A stretch of 63,989 bases of DNA, the filler included, from Octopus bimaculoides (lineage: Eukaryota): the NCBI RefSeq assembly GCF_001194135.2. It is 7 parts of 7 records of this genome, joined end to end, with 100 filler letters (N's around TTAATTAATTAA, not from the genome) between each part and the next. Parts side by side here need not be neighbours in the genome. Positions count along the whole stretch, not along the records: positions 1 to 24,550 come from NC_068999.1; 6 more parts are not named here. The stretch is one strand, 5' to 3'. Shown here piece by piece: positions 1 through 12,726 of this stretch. Made by a program: the position numbers and the translations under genes. Below the pieces are notes generated by a model. That model was given only the letters and a program-made list of their open reading frames with translations. It did not search any database and was not told the DNA's origin. Position 1 is the stretch's first letter; every line of letters starts with the position of its first letter.

Positions 1-60
<60 letters not shown>

Positions 61-61
<1 letters not shown>

Positions 62-373
62 TTATGTTTGACTTTTGTTTTACATTTGTACAAGTTGGAT
101 CCAAGTCTCACCCAGAGACCTCAAGAGACAACAAGTTAGAAGTTCATGTAGGTGTTATGCCTAGGGTACCATATATTTGGATATGTACACAGTTTTGTTA
201 TAGAGAATGTTTAAGAAACCATAAGAAAATTATGTGTTTGTTTTAAAATTTGAGATTACATAAAACAGTATTTTACGTAGGATATGGGCAGTTCCCGTGA
301 GCACTATCTTTTGAACTTCGGCCATTTTGGGGTTTCCTGGTATCTGAGGTAGGTAGTAATCAGCCCGTTTCGC
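61..373 (-). mobile_element. R4/Dong-like non-LTR retrotransposon 3' end
   Basis: QIPGNPKMAEVQKIVLTGTAHILRKIL (end of REL endonuclease ORF), then 3'UTR and (TAA)n at 1-60; (TAA)n also on the other side. Confidence 0.75.
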
Positions 374-399
374 TTATTATTATTATTATTATTATTATT

Positions 400-506
<107 letters not shown>

Positions 507-507
507 C

Positions 508-660
508 CGAGCACCATCCGGAGTATTCGAGCGGTTCCATGCAGTGTTGTTTTCTGCAAGTGCTCCACTCTTATTGCAGGCCCTATTTGTTCCATGTACT
601 TCTCGAGATTTTTACTCACTGCTCCCAGGTCTCCGATAATTATTGGTATCATTACCAATA
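508..660 (-). mobile_element. R4/Dong-like non-LTR retrotransposon 3' end (second family)
   Basis: VMIPIIIGDLGAVSKNLEKYMEQIGPAIRVEHLQKTTLHGTARILRMVLG runs directly into (TAA)n. Confidence 0.8.
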
Positions 661-1608
661 ATATATATATTACAGAATATAGATTGGTAAATGTTTTTAT
701 TTTTCATTCCCTTTCGAAATTATCCCTAATGTAGTATTTTGGTGCTATTTCTAGAGGGTTAGATGTCCTACTATAGGCATCTCTGCATTTTAAATGAATA
801 ATACATAGTCTATTAACTGTTTTTTTACTCTCGCTAGACCACTGGTGGTAAATAACATTTCTAAAAATGTTTTTGCTACACTATAATTTGTTAATATATA
901 TATATCTGTATANNNNNNNNNNNNNNNNNNNNNNNNNNNNNNNNNNNNNNNNNNNNNNNNNNNNNNNNNNNNNNNNNNNNNNNNNNNNNNNNNNNNNNNN
1001 NNNNNNNNNNNNNNNNNNNNNNNNNNNNNNNNNNNNNNNNNNNNNNNNNNNNNNNNNNNNNNNNNNNNNNNNNNNNNNNNNNNNNNNNNNNNNNNNNNNN
1101 NNNNNNNNNNNNNNNNNNNNNNNNNNNNNNNNNNNNNNNNNNNNNNNNNNNNNNNNNNNNNNNNNNNNNNNNNNNNNNNNNNNNNNNNNNNNNNNNNNNN
1201 NNNNNNNNNNNNNNNNNNNNNNNNNNNNNNNNNNNNNNNNNNNNNNNNNNNNNNNNNNNNNNNNNNNNNNNNNNNNNNNNNNNNNNNNNNNNNNNNNNNN
1301 NNNNNNNNNNNNNNNNNNNNNNNNNNNNNNNNNNNNNNNNNNNNNNNNNNNNNNNNNNNNNNNNNNNNNNNNNNNNNNNNNNNNNNNNNNNNNNNNNNNN
1401 NNNNNNNNNNNNNNNNNNNNNNNNNNNNNNNNNNNNNNNNNNNNNNNNNNNNNNNNNNNNNNNNNNNNNNNNNNNNNNNNNNNNNNNNNNNNNNNNNNNN
1501 NNNNNNNNNNNNNNNNNNNNNNNNNNNNNNNNNNNNNNNNNNNNNNNNNNNNNNNNNNNNNNNNNNNNNNNNNNNNNNNNNNNNNNNNNNNNNNNNNNNN
1601 NNNNNNNN

Positions 1609-1646
<38 letters not shown>

Positions 1647-1906
1647 CATGTATGTACATATATATATATATTTACATACACGACGGGTTTCTATATATTT
1701 TTATGGCTGCTCTGTTTTTCTTGTTTTTGTTGATGTGAACAACCTCGCCGTTACATGTACTTTTGGTTTCTTGCTATCTTGGGTTCTGTTTTTACTGTAA
1801 ATACTGTTGTTTCTATTTTCATGTTGTTGTTGTTCATCTACTTTTATTGATAATTCTTTTACTTCAATGTTAAAAACACAAACAGAATGCAAGTGTAACG
1901 TCTCAC

Positions 1907-2000
1907 CTGAAAATCCCGGTTTACAGACACATTTGAAAGTTTCTCCAACATCAATACATTTGGTAGCGTTGTGGCAGGGGTTGGGATGGCACAAATCAAC
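1907..2000 (-). CDS. Internal exon encoding an EGF-like repeat (Notch-pathway type, Delta/Serrate-like)
   Basis: Acceptor ttatttcgctacag, donor TCAG|gtgaga. 94 bp, phase 0 to 1. Translates VDLCHPNPCHNATKCIDVGETFKCVCKPGFSG with EGF Cys spacing, the C-x-D-x4-F-x-C hydroxylation motif and C-x-x-G-F-S-G. Family not provable from one repeat. Confidence 0.88.
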
Positions 2001-2176
2001 CTGTAGCGAAATAAGGAGGAACATAAAGTTTATAGAATAAATCGTTATTTATGTGACGATTAATATATGAAATATATCATTTAATTTTAATACATATTTA
2101 ATAATTAAAACAGTGTTGAAAAATATGCTATGAAGTAAGTGTTAAATATTTCATAATTTAGTTTGAATTTAAAGAC

Positions 2177-2234
<58 letters not shown>

Positions 2235-2897
2235 AAGAAAGGTAGGTAGATGATAAATTCATTGACAGATATAAGAGAAAGGAATATTTAAAAGTTAAAG
2301 AGATATAGTTACGTGGTGATAGACAGAGAGGCATCCATAGAAAAATTAATGTTGTATGGTAGCGTAAATCACATAATATTTCCTGTCTTATTAGCGTGCT
2401 TTTGCTCTAAGTGAAGGTTCTATATNNNNNNNNNNNNNNNNNNNNNNNNNNNNNNNNNNNNNNNNNNNNNNNNNNNNNNNNNNNNNNNNNNNNNNNNNNN
2501 NNNNNNNNNNNNNNNNNNNNNNNNNNNNNNNNNNNNNNNNNNNNNNNNNNNNNNNNNNNNNNNNNNNNNNNNNNNNNNNNNNNNNNNNNNNNNNNNNNNN
2601 NNNNNNNNNNNNNNNNNNNNNNNNNNNNNNNNNNNNNNNNNNNNNNNNNNNNNNNNNNNNNNNNNNNNNNNNNNNNNNNNNNNNNNNNNNNNNNNNNNNN
2701 NNNNNNNNNNNNNNNNNNNNNNNNNNNNNNNNNNNNNNNNNNNNNNNNNNNNNNNNNNNNNNNNNNNNNNNNNNNNNNNNNNNNNNNNNNNNNNNNNNNN
2801 NNNNNNNNNNNNNNNNNNNNNNNNNNNNNNNNNNNNNNNNNNNNNNNNNNNNNNNNNNNNNNNNNNNNNNNNNNNNNNNNNNNNNNNNNNNNNNNNA

Positions 2898-3206
2898 AAT
2901 TTAAAAGAAAAGTCTTTTTAAAGACATATTTGTATAATATTCAAATAACGGGCATTTTTCTTGTTTCTGCCTGTCTGTTTCACTTGTAAACTCTTGTGAA
3001 TTCGAAGAAGGTTTAGCTAAACTCCTGCCCCACATTCTTGTAACATCCCAGTAAATGTCCCCTCCCTACTTGTGTTTATTGATATGTCCTTCTTCGAACC
3101 CACAAGAGTTAACAAGTGAAACAGAGACAGGCAGTAACAAGAAAAATGCCCCTGTTATTTGAATACTATACAAATATCTCTTTAAAAAGACTTTTCTTTT
3201 AAAGTT
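2898..3206. repeat. Foldback/MITE-like inverted repeat
   Basis: Arms 2898-3011 and 3088-3206 are near-perfect reverse complements; spacer about 76 bp; left arm cut by an N gap. Confidence 0.9.
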
Positions 3207-3399
3207 ACCAAAATTTAATTTTTCAATAATTTTTCAAAACTTTATTATTCATATTTACTGTTAAAAAGATCTCAAGGATCGAATCCGGTTCTGTAATGTT
3301 CTTTATAAGAGCATTTTAGCATTTTCTACTTTGTCTTTTTTCCATATATATATATCTATTCGTGTGTTCCTCTTCAACCTTTTACATATATATATATCA

Positions 3400-3800
3400 T
3401 CATCTCTTTGAAACCACTTCTGTGAAGGGCAACCTATAAGAACACCTTCCACATCAGTGACTATAAATGCCCTACTTAGAAAACTGTTTCATCCAAGCCA
3501 CAAATACTCTAAATTTTTCAACAAAACTACAAATTTTAAACAGATTATTACTTCAAATATTCACGAAGTATGCTAAACTAACAAAATCCTACCAATAGCG
3601 GCAATTTCTCTTATATCGACAGTTGTCCACTCAACAATAAGTGTCCAGCGTTGTACGTAATCTACAAATGTACTATTATCGCTAACTGATCATACGAGAC
3701 CTATATCAGTATGCCATCCGACCCCTCTAACCACTGGTACAATTCTTAAAACTTCTATTTCAGACATTCCAAGATATTTAACCAAGTATCTTTTGTTAAT
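3400..3800 (+). mobile_element. Decayed Penelope-like element fragment
   Basis: LLRKLFHPSHKYSKFFNKTT and CP..VIYKCTI resemble the PLE RT-to-GIY-YIG linker; heavily degraded. Confidence 0.55.
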
Positions 3801-4068
3801 TATATTTGCATCCTAAAACGCTACATGTAATGCATATTTAATATAATACAAGAAACCATATTGGTAATCCTATTATTACAATGAATGTTATTTTTGTTAA
3901 GAAATTTGTCTTAATTTTATTAACATATTTTTATTATCAATATTTTTTTTAATTATTGTTATTACGTTAATATTTTCAATAGTATTGTATTATCATTCTT
4001 CGGTTCTACATTTAAGAGATGAGGAATTATTACATTATTTACATTTGACGGTTATTTGTCTTCATCGA

Positions 4069-4114
4069 AACACAACGCTTCGGCTGATATACCCTCCAGC
4101 CTTCATCAGATGTC
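4069..4114 (-). ncRNA. Minimal type I hammerhead ribozyme motif (probably inactive, A15.1G)
   Basis: GACAT-CTGATGA-A-GGCTG/CAGCC-GAAGC-GTT-GTGTT: stems I and II pair; GAAAC reads GAAGC. Confidence 0.8.
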
Positions 4115-4200
4115 TTGGGGAAATTACGAACCTGGGTTCTCATTCGTAAAGTATTTTTCGATGTTGTTGTTGTTGTTCTTATTATTATTAATATCATTCA

Positions 4201-4272
4201 GGTGACTGCCTGGAATCGAACTTGGAATCTTGGGGTTAGTAGCTCGCGCTCTTAACCACTACGCCATATGCC
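4201..4272 (-). promoter_or_regulatory. tRNA-derived internal Pol III promoter within PLE 3' region
   Basis: A box TGGCGTAGTGG (4266-4256), B box GTTCGATTCC (4221-4212); no complete acceptor stem. Confidence 0.7.
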
Positions 4273-4762
4273 CGTAGGCAATTATGGAGTGAATTTTTGT
4301 GGGCCTATAAATCTAATATTTTCCTATCTTTCCTTAATACCGGTTCCCATATGCTACTCGTATCTGCACTCGGTCTGCTTAGAAGGTTATTGTGTCCTAG
4401 CATATGTGCTGCTTCTTTTAGTTTTCGTATTTTCCAGTGGTGTTCTATATCTATTATTTTAACTTCATCCCACAGGGAGAGGTGATCTCCATTTTTCCAT
4501 ACATGATCAGCTATGCCCGATTTATCAATAGCTCCTCATGTTACAGCTTTGCGATGTTCGTCTACCCTTATTTTGAGGGGGCAGCATATTTCACCTTTGT
4601 ATAGCCTACCACAGCTGCATGGGATGGAGTACACGCAGTCTTTGGTCATATTCTCTTCTATTGGTGGTTTTACTCAAAGGAAATATTTGCGAAGTGTTGT
4701 AAATATCTCCTTCGAATATCCCCCTCCCCCAATTATCAGGCTTTGTGCCTATAGTAGAAAGG

Positions 4763-4815
<53 letters not shown>

Positions 4816-5996
4816 CGAATAATATCTAATTTAATAATAATAATGTCAAAATCTGGCTGAAGAAGTATGTATACATCAGCACATGTTATTTGTGTTTACA
4901 TTCTTAGTAATACTCAGTGAAGCTTAGTAATACTTATATTCACTTCACTTGCGACTTGTATCGTGTTCTGCAAACGATTTTGTATACGTGTGTGTTTGTG
5001 TGTGTGTTTGAGAGCCTATAGATTGATAGATAGATAGATACCGATTTAGATATATATATATATATATATGAATATATATATATATATGTATATATGAATA
5101 TATANNNNNNNNNNNNNNNNNNNNNNNNNNNNNNNNNNNNNNNNNNNNNNNNNNNNNNNNNNNNNNNNNNNNNNNNNNNNNNNNNNNNNNNNNNNNNNNN
5201 NNNNNNNNNNNNNNNNNNNNNNNNNNNNNNNNNNNNNNNNNNNNNNNNNNNNNNNNNNNNNNNNNNNNNNNNNNNNNNNNNNNNNNNNNNNNNNNNNNNN
5301 NNNNNNNNNNNNNNNNNNNNNNNNNNNNNNNNNNNNNNNNNNNNNNNNNNNNNNNNNNNNNNNNNNNNNNNNNNNNNNNNNNNNNNNATATATATATATA
5401 TATGCATATATACACACATGCACACACACACATATTATACATATACATTGACAGAGCCAGTTTGACTTTATGCACATTTGATTAAATAAAATTGTTTGCT
5501 AATATTTCCATAACCAATTTAGCAGTTTAATGTTAAATCATTCATATTTTCCTAAGGTTGAGGAAGGCGAGAATCGGTGATGAAGACAATGATCTATCAA
5601 TGTATATCGTAGGAAGAACTGTGTGACGTTTTGGGTAATTCTGCAGACACTAATAATGTGAAGATAAGATTATTGTCTTAAATTAGACATTTTCCAGTGA
5701 ATTATATTTCAGAGAATAAAACATTTAATCAACCTTAAATTGTTTGAGATATAGTTGAAAGATTATCGATTTGTTTTCAATTGAGTAAATATCGATATTT
5801 CCGTGAGGAGAAACATATAAATGGCGAATAAATTCTCATCTAGCACTAACTCCATCACTTACACTATCTCGATAAATCATATTACTCCATCTGAATTTGA
5901 ACCTTGATATTGTTATGGGGAGAGGAAGGCGATATATTCTTGAGTTTTCATCTGTATTTTGTAATATTTTATACATATATCAACGTCGGAGTTCAT

Positions 5997-6076
5997 AGCA
6001 GGCGTGGATGTGCTGTAACAAGTTTGCTTCACATTCATATGTTCTGCGTTCATTCCCACTGCGTCGTACAATGAGC
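5997..6076 (+). mobile_element. SINE family A head (truncated by gap)
   Basis: Diverged match to heads at 8497 and 36583. Confidence 0.6.
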
Positions 6077-6644
6077 NNNNNNNNNNNNNNNNNNNNNNNN
6101 NNNNNNNNNNNNNNNNNNNNNNNNNNNNNNNNNNNNNNNNNNNNNNNNNNNNNNNNNNNNNNNNNNNNNNNNNNNNNNNNNNNNNNNNNNNNNNNNNNNN
6201 NNNNNNNNNNNNNNNNNNNNNNNNNNNNNNNNNNNNNNNNNNNNNNNNNNNNGTGTGGTGGTGGTGGTGGTGGTGGTGGTGGTGGTGGTGTGTGTGTGTG
6301 TGTGTGTGTGTACCATTTAAACCCCAAAATACTGTACTAGGTACGTATATAAAAGTTTGTCAAATCTTCAGTCAAATTATTCTCTATAACATTTATTTCG
6401 CATAATTAATTGCTAATGAATGTATTTTTAATACAACTTTAATCATCTGGTATATTTTCATTTCAAATTACTCGGCTTCATTCTTACATTTAAAGAGAAT
6501 CGTTTATTTTCATGAATAAACGACATGTAGCACTTAAACAGCAATATCTAGCCTTAGAAACACCAATTTATGCCTTGCAAACTCATGACCCTAAATGCAT
6601 CACATATTATATAATATATTCCTGTCATTGCCATTTAAGGCATC

Positions 6645-6840
6645 GAACTGGCAACACAGTTAGCACATCCACAAAATGCTTAGTGGCATTTCGTCAATCT
6701 TTAAATTATGAGTTCAAATTCAGCTGAGACTGTCTTTACCTCTCATTCTTTCTGGATTCGATAGAATAAGGACTAACCATATACTGAGGTCACTATAGTC
6801 GACTAGACACCTCTTTCAAGAGTTTCGAGTTTTGTGCTTC
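6645..6840 (+). mobile_element. Decayed SINE family D
   Basis: Diverged reverse-complement similarity to the copy at 33310-33530. Confidence 0.6.
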
Positions 6841-7091
6841 TTAATAAATTTAGTCTATCAGACTTATTAACTTTCAAAGAGATAACCTGCAGAGCCTTGC
6901 ATCTAGAGTAAATAAGGAAAGAATCTCGTATGGAATGGAAGTGAATGTAAAGGAGACAAAGTCACTAGTAATCAGCAACAAATAACAGTTACCATAGCTA
7001 AATATTTCAAACAACAAATATAATATAATTTAAAATAATTAAGATATTTGTAATGAGAAAACGGGAAATGTGAAGACGAAATCAAAAGAAC

Positions 7092-7457
7092 TGTAGCGGT
7101 TACCGAAACTGAACCGCTAGATAGCCGGTCAAACATCATGAGCAAACCACAGTAGTTTCACGTGATCGTTCTATTAAGCAACCAGCATCAAACCATCGCG
7201 TGATTCACTTTTCTAGAATCTTCTACTTGTGCCCTATAAATACCTATTTTCGGTGCTAATTTATAGCAGCGTGCTGGAAGGCGGCTTAGCGATATGCGCT
7301 TCCACTATAGCTAGATAGTCAACACAAACGGCTATGACAATTGCAGAATATTAAGACAGCTTCTTGTTGTGTCTGCATTCTCACCACTGCCAGACGGTTA
7401 ATACAGATGGACAATAGTTGACAGGAATCTCCGTCGACAGAAATCGTCGTCGCTACA
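7092..7457 (+). mobile_element. Probable solo LTR
   Basis: Starts TGTAGCG, ends CGCTACA (7-bp inverted termini, TG..CA); 366 bp; TATAAA at 7235; no TSD. Confidence 0.5.
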
Positions 7458-7899
7458 AATATAGCACAATCATTTCCATTTATGATGGGGTAGCCACCGA
7501 TTGCTATAACAGTAAGCTTGCTGTAAACTCCAAGTAGTATATCTGCCCCAGTATGTAAACATTGCTGTTACTATTTGCAAAAGACCAACAAAGTTAAAAT
7601 TTTATGTATAATTATAAAATCTTGTGTTAATTGTTCGCGAGTGTTGTTAGTTATTTCTTCATGCAGCCTGAGAAATACATTTTCACTCATTAAATCTACT
7701 AGTCATCACATCACACCAACAAACACACTACAACTCACTACAGAAGGATTAAGAAAGTTTGAAGGTCGTCAGGAAATTGTCGAAGAAGGTAAGATTAAGA
7801 AAGATTTCTATTAAAACTAGGAAAGTATCATTGCATTACGTGCAGTTCACAATACTTTATGAATTTCAAACATGGATATTTACAAAACTACTGACAAAT

Positions 7900-8160
7900 A
7901 CTTCACAAACCTAACACTTTTGAGAATATCATGGACAAAACTTGAAATTAGTAATGAAGCAGTTAGAACGGAGAACAAAAAATAATACGGAAATTTAATT
8001 AGACGCTATCAAAGAGAGAAAACTAAAATAGTTTGGACATTTAATTAGTAAAAATGGTTTATAGAAACTGTTAATAGAAAGGAAAATGAATGGGGAAAAA
8101 GAAGAGGAAAACAAGCAGTACGTGGCTGCAGAATATCAAGAGAAGGGCAGATTTACAATA
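7900..8160 (+). mobile_element. RTE-clade LINE 3' ORF remnant
   Basis: LRISWT ... KERKLK*FGHLI ... LLIERKMNG..RRGK motifs with frameshifts. Confidence 0.65.
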
Positions 8161-8496
8161 CAGTCATGTATAAAAACAGCCCCTAGGTGACGGCGAAGGT
8201 GATTGCGATGATGATGACGACGACGACGATCGTGGCGACAGTGAAGACGGCGTTATTATTGCTGATGACGATGAAAAATTGGTGGCAATTACGATGATGA
8301 TGATTATGATCATCATCATCATCATCATTATCACCGACATCAGGGAGTATCCATTGTTTATGTACTCTTTATACTTGCATTCTCTTTCAGTAACCTCCTT
8401 CAGGATTTTTAAGATGGATTTTTCAATCGTATGTGTGTGTGTGTGTGTATACATGGAGTTTTATATATATATATATATATATATATNNNNNNNNNN

Positions 8497-8879
8497 CTGT
8501 GTGGTAAGTAGCTTGCTTACCAACCACATGGTCCCGGGTTCAGTCCCACTGCGTGACATCTTGGGCAAGTGTCTTCTACTATAGCCTCGGGCAGACCAAA
8601 GCCTTGTGAGTAGATTTGGTAGACGGAAACTGAAAGAAGCCCGTCGTATATATGTGTATATATATTTATGTGTTTGTGTGTCTGTGTTTGTCCCCCCAAC
8701 ATCACTTGACAACCGATGCTGGTGTGTTTATGTCCCCGTAACTTAGCGGTTCGGCAAAAGACCGAAATAATAAGTACTAGGCTTCTAAAGAATAAGTCCT
8801 GGGGTTGATTTGCTCGACTAAAGGCGGTGCTCCAGCATGGCCACAGTCAAAAGACTGAAACAAGTAAAAGAGTAAAAGA

Positions 8880-8880
<1 letters not shown>
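8497..8880 (+). mobile_element. tRNA-derived SINE family A
   Basis: Head ..GGTTCAGTCCC, core CTTGGGCAAG, tail GACTGAAACAAGTAAAAGAG; multiple copies in window. Confidence 0.9.
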
Positions 8881-8916
<36 letters not shown>

Positions 8917-9555
8917 TAAGGGCTTTATATAAAATCTGGTTGATGCAAAAAGTGAAGTGCATAGAAACGAAGTATCTATGAAATAAACGGGGTACATATA
9001 GAAGGAGGACAATACTGTTAGTTAGACCATGTTGCGTGGATACGTGGAATGTGTTATCAGTTGGCATAGTATACCTCTACAGTGTATATAATACTGAGGT
9101 ATGCAAATGTCATAAGTACAGGAGGGATGTTAGTGTATAAGTAGTAGAACTTTAGATAAAGAGATGAGATAAAGAGGAGTGTGGGATAGAAAGAAAAACT
9201 TTGAATATAAAAACCTCAAAGATTAGTGAGTAGTTTAAAGAAATGTAGAATGAATTCTTTTATTTTACTTTTCGCCCAGTTTCTATCCTTTTTCATGTTT
9301 GTATAAGTGTTTTTCGCTGTGTGTTCGCGTCGGGTATGTGCTCGAGTATCTGGCCATTGTGCCAGTATTTGTATTTAAATTGCGTCGATGCAAGGTTTTG
9401 CGATTGTGTTGCTTGGTTTTATGGTTATACGTATGCATATATGTATCATGTATATGTAGGTGTGTATGTATATACTATATGCACACACATATTCACGTTT
9501 CAGTGATGTGTATGTATGTATGTATGTATGTATCTATCTATCTATCTCTCTCTCA

Positions 9556-9649
<94 letters not shown>

Positions 9650-9661
9650 TCTTTTTTTTTT

Positions 9662-9948
9662 CTTTTACTCTTTTACTTGTTTCAGTCATTTGACTGCGGC
9701 CATGCTGGAGCACCGCCTTTAGTCGCGAAAATCGACCCCAGGACAAACACAGACACATAAACACACATACATATATATATACATATATACGACAGGCTTC
9801 TTTCAGTTTCCGTCTACCAAATCCACTCACAAGGATTTGGTCGGCCCGAGGCTATAGTAGAAGACACTTGCCCAAGGTGCCACGCAGTGGGACTGAACCC
9901 GGAACTATGTGGTTGGTAAGCAAGCTACTTACCACACAGCCACTCCTA
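9662..9948 (-). mobile_element. SINE family A with internal deletion
   Basis: Reverse-complement match to 8497-8880. Confidence 0.9.
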
Positions 9949-10431
9949 TATTATATATATATATAATTATGAAAACACGTACACCCACGCACGTCGGAGT
10001 GCTCACATTTCACACGTATAGCATCAACATAAGTATGTACGCGCGGACGCACACACATGCGCACACACGCAGACATGCAAATATATGTTTACATGTCATG
10101 ACTGATTGAGCGTCTACAGCTTGTAGATTCTCCTGTGGTTGTAAGTATATACACAAATATGCCTGATTATCCAAGGACACACGCGCGCACCTGCGTGGAC
10201 ATAAAACTTCACCAGCATACATACGTGCGTTTACATATATATCCAGGCATACAATATATTTCACGGTATATATGAATAAACGATTATAATTTCGTTTAAT
10301 TTTACTACATATGTTGCATATGTTGTATGTATTGCATAAAATTATGTAGTAGGGAATAAAGATTATTCATTTAATAAAACGATCGTAATCTCTATTTCAA
10401 TTTTAAAATTTCCTCATTTCAATTATATATA

Positions 10432-12726
10432 CTGTAGAGCCTCGCTGTACGAGTGTACTATTGTAGAAGCTGAGGCTCGTGAGAATTTTTGTCTTGAAGA
10501 ACGAGTGAAAATCCAAAGTACGGGTGAGTTTCATACAAGTGATCGCTAGTCTGTGCTCGCTAAGTTCATGTGTTTATCTTGTTGTAGCAACGTCCCTGTG
10601 ATGTTTTTCCCAGTTTTCTCTTTTTAGCTTTGTCCGTTTTTTTTTTGTTATTGCTTTATAATAATGAATTGTTAGCCATGTGACCTAAGAAGGTTAGTGC
10701 AAAGGACAGCGCTGAGAAGAAGAAAAATTGATTATGATTGAACTGAAGAAAGAAATCATTGATAAACATGAGAGAGGAATGCGTGTAGTAGACATTGCAC
10801 GTCAATACGACCGGTGCACGTCGACGAACTGCGCCTGAAGAAAAGGGACGTGACCAAAGCCGTTACAACAGCAAAGGGTGTCTCCTGGCTCTCCAAGCAA
10901 CGTACATCTGTCCACGAATAGATGGAAAAATTGCTTCTCCTATGGAACAACGAGAAACAACTCGCAGATGATACGGTTACGGAGACCATCATCTGCAAGA
11001 AAGCACGAGAGCTGTATGGGAATCTCCGGAAACAGAACCCTGGAACATCGATAGAAGAGACATCAGCAGACGCATTTAAGGCCAGTCGTGGCTGGTTCGA
11101 TAATTTCAAGAAGAGTACTGGTGTTCAAAGCGCTGTCAGGTATGAAGAAGCAGCGAGTTCTGATACGATGGCAGCTGAGGATTTCGTCCGTGTGTCCCGT
11201 CAGTTCATTGCACCCTAGGAACACATTGTACAACAGATATTCAACTGTGATGAACCTCGCCTTTTTTGGGAAACAAAAGCCCAGAAAAGCCTACATAACT
11301 GCAAAGAAGAAAGCGCCAGGCCACAAACGTATGAAAGTTAGGCTAACTCTTGCCCTCTGTGCCAATGCCAGTGGAGACTTGACGATTTTGCCGCCCCTTG
11401 TCTACCATTCCGAAGTCGCACAAAATACTGAAGGAGAAGCTGCAGATCATGTGGAGGAAAAACCTTAAAGCCTGAGTCACCAGGAAATTCTTTATCGAGT
11501 GGGTCAAACTTATCTTCGGACCAACATTTAAAGAAACCTTTTAGAGAACGATCCCTCCTCATCCTGGACAATGTTCCTATTCACCTTCCTAAGTTCGAAG
11601 AAGATATCCTGAACGAATTTAAATTCATAAAAAGGTCTATACCTTTCACGCAACATCATCCCTATATTTCAGTCTATGGACCAACAGGGGATTCATAATT
11701 TTAAGAAATTGTACACCAAACACCTGTTTCGTCGGTGCTTTGAAGTCACCGACAATACAAATCTGACCCTTCGTGTGATTTGGAAGGAACACTACAACAT
11801 TGTAAACTGCCTGAAAATCATCGATTTAGCTTGGCAGGGTGTAAAGAGGAGAACGCTGAATTCTGCATGAAGGAAACTCTGACCTGACTGCGTATCCGAA
11901 ATCTACTTCGAGGAATTTGAGTCTAAGACATGTATAGACATTGCGATAGTACCTCTTGGCAAGTCCATGTGCTTTAAGGTTGACAATGGGGGTATTAAAG
12001 ATCTCGTCGAGGAACACTCAGAGAGATGACGACAGATCAACTCATGCAGCTTTAGGAGCAACACTATTCGCTTGCGGTGGAAAAGATTGTTTCTCCAGTG
12101 AAGGACAGTGTAACAGAGAAGGCTATCTTTGCGAGTGACATAACAGTAGTGTTGGTAAAGCGGCAATATGTTTCTTAATTTGTAGAAAAATATCATCCTG
12201 AAAAAGTATCTAGAGGTCGTGCAGCTGCATTTTCGTAACATTTTGAAAGGTAGGAAAAAGCAGACTTTTCTTGATATGTTTCTAATGAAACGCTCTGCAA
12301 GGGTGAAAAGTGAAGAAAGTGTGTCCAAATAGCCTAAATTAAGCAACGTGAGAGAGAAAACGCCAGCAATCGTTAATCCTAAAGTTTTAATAGAAGAAGA
12401 TTCACCTCCCAAACGGTAATCCTCCTCTTCCCCGCTCTATTGTCTTTCTCTCGTACAAATCGTGCCATCTTTAAGGTAATTTAATAAAACCAGTTTACAT
12501 ATTTCTTTTGCATTCTCTTTTATTATGTTTTTTATAATTGTCATTTTCCTTGTAACTTCACCTTTTCTGTTTTAAAACCCCTCAAAAATTATGTTTGTGT
12601 GGTTTTGTGGGGCTGGAACGGATTAATTTTAACTTGATTAATTTCAATGTGGAGAATTGATCTGTGATACGGAATCATAAAACGAGCTCGGTCATTGAAC
12701 AAATTAAACTCGTACTGTGAGATACA
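10432..12726 (+). mobile_element. pogo/Tigger DNA transposon, near full length, pseudogenised transposase (about 10678-12410)
   Basis: HTH region IELKKEIIDKHERGMRVVDIARQY; CENP-B region MEKLLLLW..FKASRGWFDNFKK; DDE region RLTLALCANASGD, LILDN, MDQQGIHNFKKLY; degenerate TIRs sharing CTC..TACGAG; many stops and frameshifts. Confidence 0.92.

Larger units (their letters stand above)
4000..4720 (-). mobile_element. Penelope-like element 3' part: GIY-YIG endonuclease plus pLTR
   Basis: KDCVYSIPCSCGRLYKGEICCPLKIRVDEHRKAVT*GAIDKSGIADHVWKNGDHLSLWDEVKIIDIEHHWKIRKLKEAAHM, followed by a tRNA-like segment and an HHR. Confidence 0.9.

Noticed and set aside
4201-4272. Functional tRNA gene
   Set aside because: A and B boxes are present but acceptor and anticodon stems do not close; same for the SINE heads.
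4545-4555. In-frame TGA in the PLE endonuclease as selenocysteine
   Set aside because: Position fits CGA(Arg) to TGA CpG decay; not at a Cys position and no SECIS seen.
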